From Octopus sinensis (taxonomy: Eukaryota), in contig NC_043002.1 in NCBI RefSeq assembly GCF_006345805.1, positions 88,102,001-88,166,000 on the forward strand: 64,000 nt of DNA, read 5' to 3'. How positions within the stretch are numbered: the stretch's first letter is position 1; each line of letters begins with the position of its first letter. A model generated the notes under the pieces. That model was not told the origin of the DNA and made no database searches. It worked only from the letters and a program-made list of their open reading frames with translations. A program made the translations under genes and the position numbers. This document shows positions 26,534-39,716 of the stretch, piece after piece.

Positions 26534-27359
26534 TTGCTTCAAAGGCAGCCATCTGGCAGAATTGTTCACACACAAGGTAAAATTACTAGTGGCATTTCAT
26601 CCATCTTTACATTTTGAGATCAAATTCCACCAAGGATGACTTTGCCTTTTATACTTCTGGGGTTAATAAAATAAGTACCAGTTGAGCACAGGGATTGATG
26701 CAGTCAACTTACCCCCACCCTTGAAATTATTGGGCTTGTGCCAAACTTTGAAACCAATGCTTCAGATTTAGGTACAATGCCATCTATCCCAGTACTTGAC
26801 CGGTAGTTTATTTTATTGAGCCTGAAAGACAAAGGCAAAATTGATGCAGCTGGATAAGAATTCAGAACATAAAGAAGCAGAGCAAGTAATATAAGATATT
26901 TTGTTGACAATTTCATGATTCTACCAATGATTCTACTATATGCACAAGGTCTGGAATTTTGTGGGGAGGGGCTCGTCAATAACATTAACTCCATTACTTG
27001 ACTGGTACTTGATATTATCAATCGCGAAAGGATGAGAAGCAAAGTTGACCTCAACGGAATTTGAACTCAGAACTTAAAGCAAGAAGAAATGCCACTAAAC
27101 ACTTTGTCCAGTATCTTAATGATTCAGCCAGTTTGCTGCTATGCATCACCCCAATAACAATAATACTTCTTTTCAATTTTGGCACAAGGCCAGCAAATAT
27201 GAAGAGATATGAAATTACATCATTCCTAGTACTTCACTCGTACTTTATTTTAACAATACTGAAAAGATGGAAGGCAAATTTGACCACTTCAGGATTAAAC
27301 TCGGACTGTAAAGAGCTGAAAATAACACTCCTAGGCACATTAACATTTGTAGTAGCTAG

Positions 27360-27740
27360 CATAATATTAAATGTAGCATTTACTGTTGTATTTATTGTAA
27401 TTGTTGTTGTGCTTGTCAAATTTATTGTTGTGTTCAGTGGTGTTTGATATCATGTTTACACTGGTGTTTACTGAAACAGTGTTGATAGCATTGTTTATCT
27501 ATTGTGTTCACTGTGGTGTTTGATATCATGTTTACATTGGTGTTTACTGAAACAGTGTTGATAGCATTGTTTATCTATTGTGTTTACTGTGGACTTTGTC
27601 ACAGGGCTTATGCTGTATTTATTATAGTGTTTGTTATAGTATTAATTGTACTGTTTATTATAGTGTTTACTATGGCATTTGTTATAGTGTTTACTGTATT
27701 GTTTCTATCAATGTTTACTATAGTACTTATTATACTGTGA
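27360..27740. repeat. Degenerate short-period tandem repeat including a 76-bp direct duplication
   Basis: gatatcatg recurs at 27446 and 27522 within an almost identical 76-bp block. Confidence 0.75.
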
Positions 27741-27963
27741 TGCATGCTCTACACAGCACTGCCCTCTCACTATTCAATGGTACACCCTCAGATTTACTCC
27801 ACTTTGGTGATTCCACTTTTAACATAGTATTTTAACATAGCATTTTAACATAGTAGTGCTCACCAAGAATATTCTGAAGCAGACCACAGGCACCAAAGTC
27901 TGGCAACAGGCCTGCTATGATGTTAGTTATAGTGTTTACTATGACATTAAAAGTAGTGTTCAT

Positions 27964-28305
27964 GAAGGCACATGGCTCAGTGGTTAGAGCGTCGAGCTTA
28001 CGATCGTGAGGTTGTGAGCTCGAATCCTGGACCGGGCTGTGTGTTGTGTTCTTGAGCAAGACACTTTATTTCACGTTGCTCCAGTTCACTCAGCTGTAGA
28101 AATGAGTTGCAACGTCACAGGTGCCAGACTGTATCGGCCCCTTTGCTTTTCCCTTGGATAACACTGGTGGCGTGGAGTGGGGAGGCCGGTATGCATGGGC
28201 GACTGCCGGTCTTCCATAAAATAACCTTGCCCGGACTTGTGCCTGGGAGGGTAACTTTCTAGGTGCAATCCCATGGTCTGTGTCGTGACCGAAGGGGGTC
28301 TCAGA
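27964..28305 (+). mobile_element. tRNA-derived SINE (family 5)
   Basis: Box A tggctcagtggt, box-B-like gagctcgaatcc, cttgagcaagacac core. Confidence 0.85.
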
Positions 28306-28629
28306 AATGTAGTGTTCAATGAGACATTTACAATAGTATTTCCTGCAATGTCCTTGTATTTACTCAGTGTTTTTTTTTTATTATTTATTCACTCTGATGT
28401 TTACTAAGAGGTTAGACGGTTGACCACCATGAAGGTAAGTAGTCCTGGCTCTTTACTCTCCAGCCTCGATAAAGGATATATTTACCTGTATATTCCCATC
28501 TCATTTATTTTCAATGATAATACACTTAATCTAAATTAATGATTGTTAACCTTTCCTAGGAAATGTTATCAATTGTGGTAACCATGTTACTATCAAGGAT
28601 GTAGAGAATGGGAGGGTGTGTCTGTTTAT

Positions 28630-29150
28630 ATGTGTGCGTATGTATGTATGTATGCACATATGTATGTATGTATGTATGTATGAATGTATGTATGTATGCA
28701 TGTATGTATGTATGTATGTATGCACGTATGTATGTATGTATGTATGTATGTATGCACGTATGTATGTATGTATGTATGTATGTATGAATGTATGTATGTA
28801 TGTATGTATGTATGTATGTATGTATGTATGTATGTATGTATGTATGTATGTATGTATGTATGTATGTATGTATGTATGCACATATGTATGTATGTATGGA
28901 TGTATATATGTATGTATGCACATATGTATGTCTGTCTGTATGTCTGTCTGTATGTATGTATATCCATGTGTATGTATATGCTTGTGTGTGTGTGTTGGGG
29001 GTTTGACATATGTATGTCATGTCGTTGTTTGTGTCTATGAGTGTTTGTTTATTTGTCTATATGTATCTATGTTGTGTGTGTGCATGTGTGAATGTGTGTG
29101 TGTGTGCGTGTGTGCACTTGCATATATGTGTGTATACGTCTGTAAGCTCA
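28630..29150. repeat. (TATG)n/(TG)n microsatellite
   Basis: Direct reading. Confidence 0.95.
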
Positions 29151-29789
29151 TGTGCACAGGAGTGCACTGATGTGTCAACACATGATTGTGTATAAGTATG
29201 AATGAGTAGGAGTAAGAAAATTATGTAAACCAAAAAGGAGTGTCAAAGTAAAATAAAAAACAAACAAACAAAAAAGAATAAGAGAGGGAGAGAGAGTGAG
29301 GAGGAAACAGAGAGAGAGAGAGAGAGAGGTTAGTGTTTAAAAGATATCATTCATAATGAAATCATTGTTATTACTATGGCTATTACTGATCTCTGCTACA
29401 GTTAAGCAATAAATCAACCATTTCTTCAGAAACTCAATCTTGAATACAAACCAAGTCCCAACATGTCTAGAATAGTCCTAAATATTTGTACATTCTGTTA
29501 TTGTTGTTGTTGTTATTATTATTATTACTATTAGTAGTGTTGTTGTAGTTGTTGGGTTTTTTTTTTTTTTAATATTTCATTCACAGCATATAAGCCGGTT
29601 GAAGTTGTTGAAAGTTTTATGTGGTATTTTCCTGGCATTGTTCCTGATATTTTACTGACACAGAAGACTTCTATCCACATGTAACATTGCATACCCTATT
29701 TCAGTCATGCTGGATGTACCAGAAGGACAAGAAAAAATCTGGACTACCAAACCTGATACAACAAATCACTGTAAGCAATTAATTTAGTT

Positions 29790-30048
29790 TCTTGGTTCGT
29801 TCTCTCTCATTTCTCTCTCTCTCTCTCTCTCTCCTCTCTCTCTCCTCTCTCTCTCTCCCATTCTCCCCCCCCTCTCTCTCTCTCTCTCTTTCTCTCTCTT
29901 TCTCCTTCTCTCTGAACTAAATATTATGTTGAAGATGAACAAGATGTGAATGTGTTTATATAAATATATATATAATATATATTTATACATATATATATAT
30001 TTATACATATATATATATATATATATTATATACACACACATACATATA

Positions 30049-30081
<33 letters not shown>

Positions 30082-30187
30082 ATAGATAGACAGATAGATA
30101 CATACATACATACATACATAGATGTGTGTGCATGTCTATATCTCTGTGTGGTGTGTACATTCACGAACGCGCACGCACACACACACA

Positions 30188-30231
<44 letters not shown>

Positions 30232-30250
30232 ACACACACACACACACTTG
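29790..30250. repeat. (CT)n/(TA)n/(CA)n compound microsatellite
   Basis: Direct reading. Confidence 0.95.
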
Positions 30251-30559
30251 TAATTTATAAGATGTGCTGGAAGGTATGCCACATTACCAAAAGGTTCAGG
30301 CATGCCAGAAATGTCCCACATTCCATTCTTGTGTTCGGTGTACTTTGACAACAGCCATCATAACTCCAGATAAGCTGGTGTGCTGAATCCAAATCACCAA
30401 AGAGAAAAATGAGAACAGAAGCTGCAACCGGTATTTTATGCTTCATATAATTTAGACATGCTTCAGTGAAGCAACTGCCATTATTACATTAGCTGGTTTG
30501 CCCTTATTATGCTACACAATACAGTCAAATTACTTCCTCAGTGTCTTAAAACCAACCAG

Positions 30560-30872
30560 TTTTTTGTTGTTGTTTGTTTGTTCTCGAGCCATGCCTGGCT
30601 CATAAGGGCCGGTTTCCCGGTTTCTTGGCGTATAGGTTTCCCACCTGGATGGGACGTCGGTCCGTCGCAGGTGAGCTGCAAGATGCAGGAGGAAAGAGTG
30701 AGAGAAAGTTGTGGCGAAAGGATCAGCAGAAGTTTCGCCATTACCTTCTGCCGGAGCCGCGTGTAGCTTAGGTGTTTCGCTCACAAACACACACATCGCC
30801 CGGTCTGAGATTCGAACTCGCAATCCCTCGACCGCGAGTCCACTGCTCTAACCATTAGGCCATGTGCCTCCA
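30560..30872 (-). mobile_element. tRNA-derived SINE (family 4) with TSD
   Basis: (AAC)n-rich tail; caaccagttt on both sides; matches 45045-45353. Confidence 0.85.
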
Positions 30873-31136
30873 CTCAACCAGTTTACATAACAATGACAGT
30901 CAGTTTACTGAAACCCATGTACATTAAATACCTGTGATGCTTTCTATTTTCATTTATACATATACATACATACATTCATACATACATACATACATACATG
31001 CATACATACACACACAAATATGTATGCATGTATATGAATCATATAGAGATATAAAGCTATAAGATATCTCTCCGCTGACTCTCTTTCTTTCCCACCCCTT
31101 CTCTCTACCCCTCTTTCTCTCCCTTTCTTAAATTAT

Positions 31137-31200
<64 letters not shown>

Positions 31201-31269
31201 TGTATGTACATACGTATGTATGTATGTATGTATGTATGTATGTATGTATGTATGTATATATGTACATAT

Positions 31270-31475
31270 AAGAGAACAAAATGTACGTACGCCACTATAT
31301 ATATATATATAAAATAAAATACAAAATGGGACAAGAATGCAAAAGATCCGGACAACTAGATGGTACAAAAGGGGACAACAAAACATCCAGATAGTTAATA
31401 CAAAAAAACACGGCCGGGTCATTCGAAGCCTTTTATCTTCAGTCAAAAACCGGATCATCCTCACAATTTCAGTAT
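31270..31475 (-). repeat. Probable Penelope-type terminal repeat fragment
   Basis: Minus strand CTGAAGA...CGAA motif in A-rich context; family assignment is inference. Confidence 0.4.
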
Positions 31476-31734
31476 GTATGTATGTATGTATGTATGTATG
31501 TATTATTCTTTAACAAGAATAGTGTTGACAGTGACTTTAAAGTTTCAGCAACTAAACCATCATTAGACATACCATCTTACCACCACAACCTAACATAGAC
31601 CATCATTACTGTTCAACAAAACTGAGGAGGTTACCTTAGAAAATTTTAACTTAACAGAGACTATATAAAGCTAAGATGAACTTAAATGATTTATAGTCCA
31701 ATGATGAAGTTTAGCTTGCTGAATCTTCAGAGTC

Positions 31735-31958
31735 ACTGTCAATACGATTCTAGTTAAAGAACAATAAATTTGTATTGTACCAAATGTGTAGAGTAATCCT
31801 TGACTTTAATATAAAATCATATATCATCATCATCATCATCATCGTTTAGCGTGATGATGATGATGATGATATATGATTTTATATTAAAGTCAAGGATTAC
31901 TCTACACATTTGGTACAATACAAATTTATTGTTCTTTAACTAGAATCGTATTGACAGT
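31735..31958. repeat. Perfect inverted repeat, 106-bp arms, 12-nt loop
   Basis: 31735-31840 is the exact reverse complement of 31853-31958. Confidence 0.95.
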
Positions 31959-33370
31959 AAGCAGAGTTAGCGGTTGGAATAACTGTCTAAAGGATAAGAA
32001 TATCCATTCTTACTACCGGTAACATTTACCTATGTTAACCCTGGACATGGGTATGCAAGCACACTATGCTCATAGGGTACAGGTAATAACAGAATAGACA
32101 AAAGTTTATCAGGAATTTAAATAAACAGAAAATGGAGAAAACTTTTGATCAACAAACAAACAAATTGACCAACTTCAGTTAATTAGTTTTTAATACAAAA
32201 CATAGCATAACATTTCAATATCAGTTGGTGCTTACTAAGAAAATTCTGAAAATAATATTCGTCCTCTTTATAGCACATTCGATCTAGAGCATGGAGCTTT
32301 ATCAGAGTAAATAGAAATGCATAAAATAAAAGAAGGGAAGAAGGAAGGGGAAAGAACAGGGCCTTGAGATGGGGCCAGATGGCTCAATATATTAGAATCA
32401 TACCATTTTGCAATGTGAAGCTTGAAGTCGATAGGCAAAAGAGTGAACTAGCAAATGAACTAGAGAAATTACTTGTGAGTTATCTCTTTATATAGGGGTA
32501 CCAGGGTGTATAAATAGTAGAAAATAAAACTAGTGCTAAAGTAAAACAGGGATCGTCAATATGTCTAGAAAAAGGATAGTACTTATGATTTTGTAAATAG
32601 AGCTAATGAATATTTATCCAAAAACAAACCCGCAAAGTTTTTAAATGGTGTACTTACTGAGTATATATATTTATAAACGAGGGTGTATGTATGTATGTAT
32701 GTATGTATGTATGTATGTATGTATGTGTGTGTATGTATGTATGTATGTGTGTGTATGTATGTATGTATGTATGTATACATGTATGTATGTATGTATGCAT
32801 GTATGTATGTATGCATGTATGCATGTATGTATAAGCATATGACACCGAAAGGCTCCACAATGGTACATCTTAGAGAAAAACGTATTTGATTTTTGTAATC
32901 TGCATTCCAAGGAGAAGGTTTTTGATTATTAGTAATGAAAAATTTTATAATTTGATACCAGAAACAACACAACTTCCAGATTGCCAACATTGAATGGCTT
33001 TAGAAGCCATCACCTTAAAACTCATCATTGCCTAAGTGTGTACATTTGTATAATCTTGTGTGTCACATCGTGTAACAGTCTGTCTATCTACCTCTTGTTA
33101 TCTGTCTGTCTCTCTGTCTTTTATGCTTTTCCCCTCACTATATATATTTATTACACACACACTCTCTGTCTCTGTCTCTCTCTCTCTCTGTATATATATA
33201 TATGCATCATCATCATCATCATCATTTAGCGTCCGTTCTCCATGCTAGCATGGGTTGGACGGTTCAACTGGGATCTGTGAAGCTGGAAGGCTTCATCAGG
33301 CCCAATCAGATCTGGCAGTGTTTCTACGGCTGGATGCCCTTCCTAACGCCAACCACTCCGTGAGTGTAGT

Positions 33371-34022
33371 GGGTGCTTTTTACGTGCCACCTGCACAGGT
33401 GGCAGACAGAGCTGGCAAACGGCCACGAAACAGATGGTGCTTTTACGTGTCACCGGCACGGGGGGCCAGGCGAGGCTGGCAACGGACACGAACGGATGGT
33501 GCTTTTACGTGCCACCAACACGGAGGCCAGACAGAGCTGGCAAACGGCCACAAAACGGATGGTGCTTTTACGTGTCACCGGCACGGGAGCCAGGCGAGGC
33601 TGGCACGGACACAAATGGATGGTGCTTTTACATGCCACCAACACGGGGCCAGACAGAGCTGGCAAACGGCCACGAAACGGATGGTGCTTTTACGTGTCAC
33701 CGGCACGGGGGCCAGGCGAGGCTGGCAACGGACACGAACGGATGGTGCTTTTACATGCCACCGACACGGGGGCCAGACAGGGTTGGCAAACGGCCATGAA
33801 CGGATGGTGTTTTTACGTGTCACCGGCATGGGGGCCAGACAGAGCTGGCAAACGGCCACGAACGGATGGTGCTTTTACGTGTCACCGGCACGGGGGCCAG
33901 ACAGAGCTGGCAAACGGCCACGAACGGATGGTGCTTTTATGTGCCACCGACATGGGGGCCAGACAGGGCTGGCAATCGGCCACGAACGGATGGTGCTTTT
34001 ACATGTCACCTGCACGGGGGCC
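33371..34022. repeat. ~11 tandem units of 60-63 bp in the RTE 3' UTR
   Basis: gatggtg at 33433, 33495, 33558, 33618, 33680, 33741, 33803, 33865, 33927 and 33989. Confidence 0.95.
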
Positions 34023-34100
34023 CTGATGTTGATCGACCTCAATTTGGTTCTGCTTTCTGATATATGTATTGATTTGGTTTGATTTTGATTTTGACTGTTC

Positions 34101-36294
34101 TCACTGGTCTTGCCGGGTTTTCTCACGCACAGCATACTTCCAAAGGTCTCGGTCTCCGGTCATTTCCTTGGTGAGACCTAAAGTTCGAAGGTCGTGCTTC
34201 GCCACCTCGACCCAGGTTTTCCTGGGTCTACCTCTTCCACAGGTCCCCTCAACTGCCAGGGTGTGGCACTTTCGCACACAGCTATCTTCAGCCATTCTCA
34301 TCACATGACCATACCAGCGCAAACGTCTCTCTTGCACACAACAACTGATGCTTCTTAGGTTCAACTTTTCTCTCAAGGTACTTACACTCTGTCGATTATG
34401 AACACTGACATTACACATCCATCGGAGCATACTAGCTTCATTTCTTGCGAGCTTACGCAAATCCTCAGCAGTCACAGCCCAAGTTTCACTACCATGTAGC
34501 ATGGCTGTACGTATACATGCATCATACAGTCTGCCTTTTACTTTGAGCGAGAGGCCTTTTGTCACCAGCAGGGGTAAGAGCTCTCTAAACTTTGCCCAGG
34601 CTATTCTTACTCTAGCAGTTATACTTTCAGCACACCCGCCCCCGCTACTGACTTGGTCACCTAGGTAACGGAAACTATCAACTACTTCTAGTTTTTCTCC
34701 CTGGAAAGTGACGGAAGTTGGTCTCAGAGCATTTTCAGTGTTTATTGTTCCTGAACATCTGCCACATACAAAAACCATCTTCCTAGTTAACCTTCCTTTG
34801 ACATTGTTGCACCTCTTAAGTGTCCATAGCTTACACTTGGTGCATCTTATAGAGTTTCTACCTACCCCTTTTCTACAGATCGAGCAGGGCCATCTACCTG
34901 AAGGCGTTTGTGATTGGTCTACCTTCCTACTTATTAGGACTTTGGTTTTGGCTAGGTTGATTCTAAGGCCTTTCAATTCTAAACCTTGCTTCCATACCTG
35001 AAACTTCTCCTCTAGTTCTGATAGAGACTCAACAATTAGAGCAAGGTCATCAGCATAGAGGAGCTCCCAGGGGCATCCTGTCTTGAATTCCTCCGTTATT
35101 GCCTGGAGGACTATGATAAATAGGAGGGGACTGAGGACTGAACCTTGGTGGACCCCAACCTCTACCCTGAATTCTTCACTGTACTCGATGCCAACCCTCA
35201 CCTTACTAGCAGCGTCTCTGTACATGGCTTGTACAGCTTTCACTAACCATTCATCTATCCCTAGTTTCCTCATTGACCACCAGATGAGGGATCGGGGGAC
35301 CCTGTCGAAGGCTTTCTCCATATCAACAAAAGCCAGGTATAGGGGCTTGTCTTTGGCTAGGTATTTCTCCTGCAGCTGTCTTACCATGAAAATAGCATCA
35401 GTAGTACTTTTCCCTGGCACGAACCCAAACTGCATCTGATCTAGGCTAACTCTCTCTCTAATTAGTTGGGCTATAACCCTCTCCGTAACCTTCATTACCT
35501 GATCCAGCAGCTTGATACCCCTGTAGTTATTTGTATCTAGGGCGTCACCTTTACCTTTGTAGCAGCTGACTATTATGCTGCTACACCAGTCATTGGGAAT
35601 GACTCCTTCGTGTATCACCTTGTTAACTATACGGGTGACTAGGCTATAGCCAACACTACCAGATATTTTGAGCATCTCTGCAGTAATTCCTGATGGGCCT
35701 GGGGCTTTCCCTGTTTTCATGCTTTTAATTGCCTTAACTACTAAGGAACTCTCAACTCGGATTGCTGGTCCCTCTGTTGGGTCAACATTCGGCAGACTCT
35801 CTTTATCCCATTCATTTTCCTCATTCAGCAACCTTTCATAGTGGCTTCTCCAAACCTCTCTCTTTGCATCCTCATTTAGCGCAAGTGAGCCGTCATCCGT
35901 GCGAACACATTTTTCTCCTACCACGTCACGATTCTCTCTCACACACTGTCTTGCTATACGAAATACCTCAAGTCTTTCATCCTCACGGCGCAGGACATTG
36001 GCAAATTTTTTCCTATCTGCTTCCCCTCTGGCTAAATAAACCTGCCTCCTAGCTTCCCTTCTTGCAGTCTGATACACTTCCCTGCTACCACCGTTCTTCC
36101 AGTCCTTCCAAGCCTGTTTCTTTTGTCTAATAGCCCTGTCAACAGTATTGTTCCACCACCACGTTATTTTGGGTCTTGTGGGGACTTTGCACCAGCCACA
36201 GATCTGGTCAGTGGCTTTCAGCAGGTTGTCCCTTAGAAGCGCCCAGTTATCTTCTACCCCATGTGTAGCTAACCCCCTTCTATTTCGTCGAAGG
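34101..36294 (-). CDS. RTE LINE reverse transcriptase, open frame lacking the N-terminal endonuclease
   Basis: QFGF, AFVDMEKAFDRV, GVHQGSVLSPLLF, LLYADDL, FRYLG, RLRWYGHV, GRGRPRKTW; frame stays open ~70 codons upstream of the tracked GTG at 36077. Confidence 0.95.
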
Positions 36295-36318
36295 ATTCAA
36301 GTAACATGTCTCTATATA

Positions 36319-36364
<46 letters not shown>

Positions 36365-36490
36365 ATATATATATGGCCTGCTCACTTAGCCAGCAGAGTG
36401 GCATTATTTGAAGGCTAAAACAATGTGAAGCACATTGTGACCAGTGATGTGTAGCAACATCTGATAGACTGGTCGGTCACAGTGATCACG

Positions 36491-36541
<51 letters not shown>

Positions 36542-36902
36542 TATATATAGGGCATCCAGCCATAGAAACTCTGCCAGATCAGACTGGAGCCTGGAGCAGC
36601 CCCTGGCTTCCCAGACCCCGTCGAACCGTCCGACCCATGCTAGCGCAGAAAACGGACGTTAAACGATAATGATGATATATATCATGCATGTTGCTTCCCA
36701 CCTCTCTCTTGATATGAGATGTAATACAAATCTGTCACAGGAGATGATCGCATCTGTCTATGTATCTCTCTCTATCTGTCTATCTCTCTGTCTTTTATGC
36801 TTTTCTCGTTGTAAACTTCCCTCTCTCTATATATATATATTTATCACTCTCTCTCTCTCTCCTCTGTATATGTTTATGTCTGATGCTGAGCATGTGTATG
36901 TT

Positions 36903-36953
<51 letters not shown>

Positions 36954-37156
36954 CATTAGGGTGAGTGAGTTGAAAGACCCTTAGAAAGCATCAACAGGGA
37001 GTTCAGGTGACACCCAAACAGCAAAGGAATGGAATAGATGATATGCAAACACAAATCACTGTTGCACAGTCTCAGAAAACACTCGAGCATAGGATGCACC
37101 AATTAGATGATATATGCACAAGAGCCTCCATCACACAAATTCAGGAGACTGGTGCA

Positions 37157-37369
37157 TTTCAATTCAAATGCCTTCAATTTCCTGTGAGTCTTAGTTTTGC
37201 TATGATCATCAGCAAATCACAAGGGCAAACATTTTCTGTTGCCTGTTTACACCTTGAAGAGCTTTGCTTCACCAACAGTCAGCTTTACATTGGATGTCCA
37301 AGCACAGGAAGTAAGGAAAATCTTTACATCTATGCACCAAAAGGAAAAACAAACAACTTAGTTTATTGA
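37157..37369 (+). pseudogene. Helitron RepHel (PIF1-type helicase) C-terminal fragment
   Basis: FQFKCLQFPVSLSFAMIISKSQGQT...SQLYIGC...GKTNNLVY* matches the Helitron helicase end (FPVRLxFAMTINKSQGQT...HGQLYVxxSR...TxNIVY). Confidence 0.85.
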
Positions 37370-37543
37370 GACATTATAAATTGGCCCATATAAGCAGAAA
37401 TACATCCTGATCAAAAGGCCTATCCATCAGGAAAGGTATGGTCAGACGTAGAATAAAAAATTGAAATAAATGTATTTTATTGTGAAAATTACATGGCAAA
37501 AACAGACTGCTTAGCTAGTTTATATATATATATATATATTTTT

Positions 37544-37697
37544 GCATTAGGAAGGGCATTCAGCCATAGAAACATTGCCAGATCAGACTCGGCCTGGTGC
37601 AGCCTTCTGGCTTCCTAGACCCCAATTGAACCGTCCAACCCATGCTAGCAAGGAAAGCGGACGCTAAATGATGATGATGATGATGATGACATAACTC

Positions 37698-37735
<38 letters not shown>

Positions 37736-37807
37736 GTGTGTGTGTGTGTATGTATGTATGCATGTATGTATGTATGCATGCATGTATGTATGTATGTATG
37801 TACGTAC

Positions 37808-37838
<31 letters not shown>

Positions 37839-37860
37839 TGTATGTATGTATATATGTATG

Positions 37861-37894
<34 letters not shown>

Positions 37895-37950
37895 TGTATG
37901 TATGTATGTATGTATGTATGTATGTATGTACAGATGCATGCATGCATGCA
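37544..37950. repeat. RTE-tail fragment (+) followed by (TG)n/(TATG)n
   Basis: Direct reading. Confidence 0.85.
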
Positions 37951-39716
37951 AGAAAAAGAAAAAAACTAAACATGGTTTTCAAAACAAATGTTTGTTTTAA
38001 AAACCATGTCATTTTACATCCATTATCTATGTTCTATGTAAACCTAGGTCAGATGGACACTTTTCAAGGCAGTATTTTTATGGCTTGATGTTCTTCCTGT
38101 TGTCAACCATTTCCTGCTTGTTTCACAAATAAGGAGAGTTTCATTTCATTATGCTGTTTCAATGGTACAGAGCTATAGGATGTAATAATCAGAAGAAAAT
38201 TAGACATAGCAACATCATTTATTTTGGTGAGGCAACTTCAAGCAAGAAATGGAAATGACACCTTTGGTGCATGCACATATGCACACACACATACACACGC
38301 CCACACACACGCATATGAATGTGTGTGTGTGCACGTGCATGCATGCACAAGTGTGTATATGCATGAGTATGCATGTGTGTGCATGTGCATGCAGTTGTGT
38401 GGAGGTGTACAGGTGATAAATAAACAGAGCTGTTACTGCATCAGATAGAATAGCGCATGTTATTAGTTCTGACTCTCTCCACTCTGAGTTCACATCCTGC
38501 TGAGTTCAACTTTGCCTCTCACCTTTTTGATGCCCAATAAAATATACCAATCCAGGGCAGCAAATTGGTTAAACTAAAAGCATGACAGATCAGATGCATT
38601 TTGGTATTTGTTCCAGCTCTCTGCATGCTCTGAGTTTGAATCTTGCCATACCCTATCAGGGTGAAAGATTTCATCTATCACTTGGTCTAATGCTATCTCG
38701 GTTGCCCTCAATGGAGTCTGCCCTGTTGCATGCATTCAGATCAGGTCTCCATCTTATAGAGAATTTCCTCTCCTACCTCCCACCATCATTTAGTGTCTAT
38801 TTTCATGATAATGGCTAAGCAATGAATGATTGCTTCTGATTTGCTGGTATCTCTCTCTCGACTTTGCCTTTCATCCTTTCAGGGTTGATAAATTAAGTAC
38901 CAGTTACGCACTGGGGTAGATATAATCGACTTAATCCGTTTGTCTGTCCTTGTTTGTCCTCTCTGTTTAGCCCCTTGTGAGTAGTAAAGAAATAGGTATA
39001 TCTCTCTCTCTCTCTTTCTCTCACTTTCTCTCTCTTTCTCTTTCTCCCCCCTCTCTCTCTCCTACCAGCAAATATTTAGATACCATTAGTGTCTCTGTCC
39101 TCACAATACCTGATTAAAACAGGACTGTACTAGACCCCATACTTTTCCTCCCACTTGCCTTCACACCCTCTCCCTCAGTTCTCCCTCACACTCTAAAAAT
39201 TACCCTCATGGATACTCATCATTTGTGCCTTTTCTTACATGTTAACATTACTCTTCTATTGTTCTTCTCCAGGTAGCTTGTTATTGTCATCAATAACACT
39301 TTTACCACCAACTATTTTTACAATAACCTGTTGTTTCCTCTCTACTATTCACCCCTGCCATTACTGTATCTGTAATATCAACCTGTTATTACTATCTCTT
39401 CTATTACTTCCTCAAGCACTGTCACTCTCTCGCTCTTTCCTTCCTCCTCCTCTGCACTATCACCTCAATCACTCTGTCTCCTACTTCATGCTCTGGCTTA
39501 TTTCATCCTAGTTTATGTTCTGCAATCACCCATTTTTCTACCAACTGAATTAGTCACTTGCCCCATATGAATGGAGACAAGGTAGAGCTGTGGTAAGTCA
39601 TCCCCATTTGTCTTGTGAGTGTAAAGTAACTCCCTAGTGCTGGTGCTGTGATAAAGTGCACCCAGTATACACAGTTGCACACATTCGGGCCAGGTCTCCA
39701 GTTTTAGAATTCCTTC

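Larger units (their letters stand above)
33205..36310 (-). mobile_element. 5'-truncated RTE-clade LINE with complete 3' UTR and (TGA)n tail
   Basis: RT ORF, 3' UTR with tandem repeats, tail at 33205-33222; possible 17-bp TSD ct(g/c)tatatatatatatg at 33188-33204 and 36310-36326. Confidence 0.95.

Noticed and set aside
32290-32590. RT-like motifs on the minus strand (FLDIL, SQGPVLSP)
   Set aside because: Wrong order for an RT domain and in different frames; likely chance.
33255-34135. Overlapping 64-275 aa ORFs in several frames
   Set aside because: Produced by the ~62-bp tandem array in the LINE 3' UTR.
20137-38088. Long ORFs rich in YIHT/MYVC/CVCV (e.g. 20137-20919, 28546-29170, 37560-38088)
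   Set aside because: Translations of (TA)n, (CA)n and (TATG)n microsatellites.
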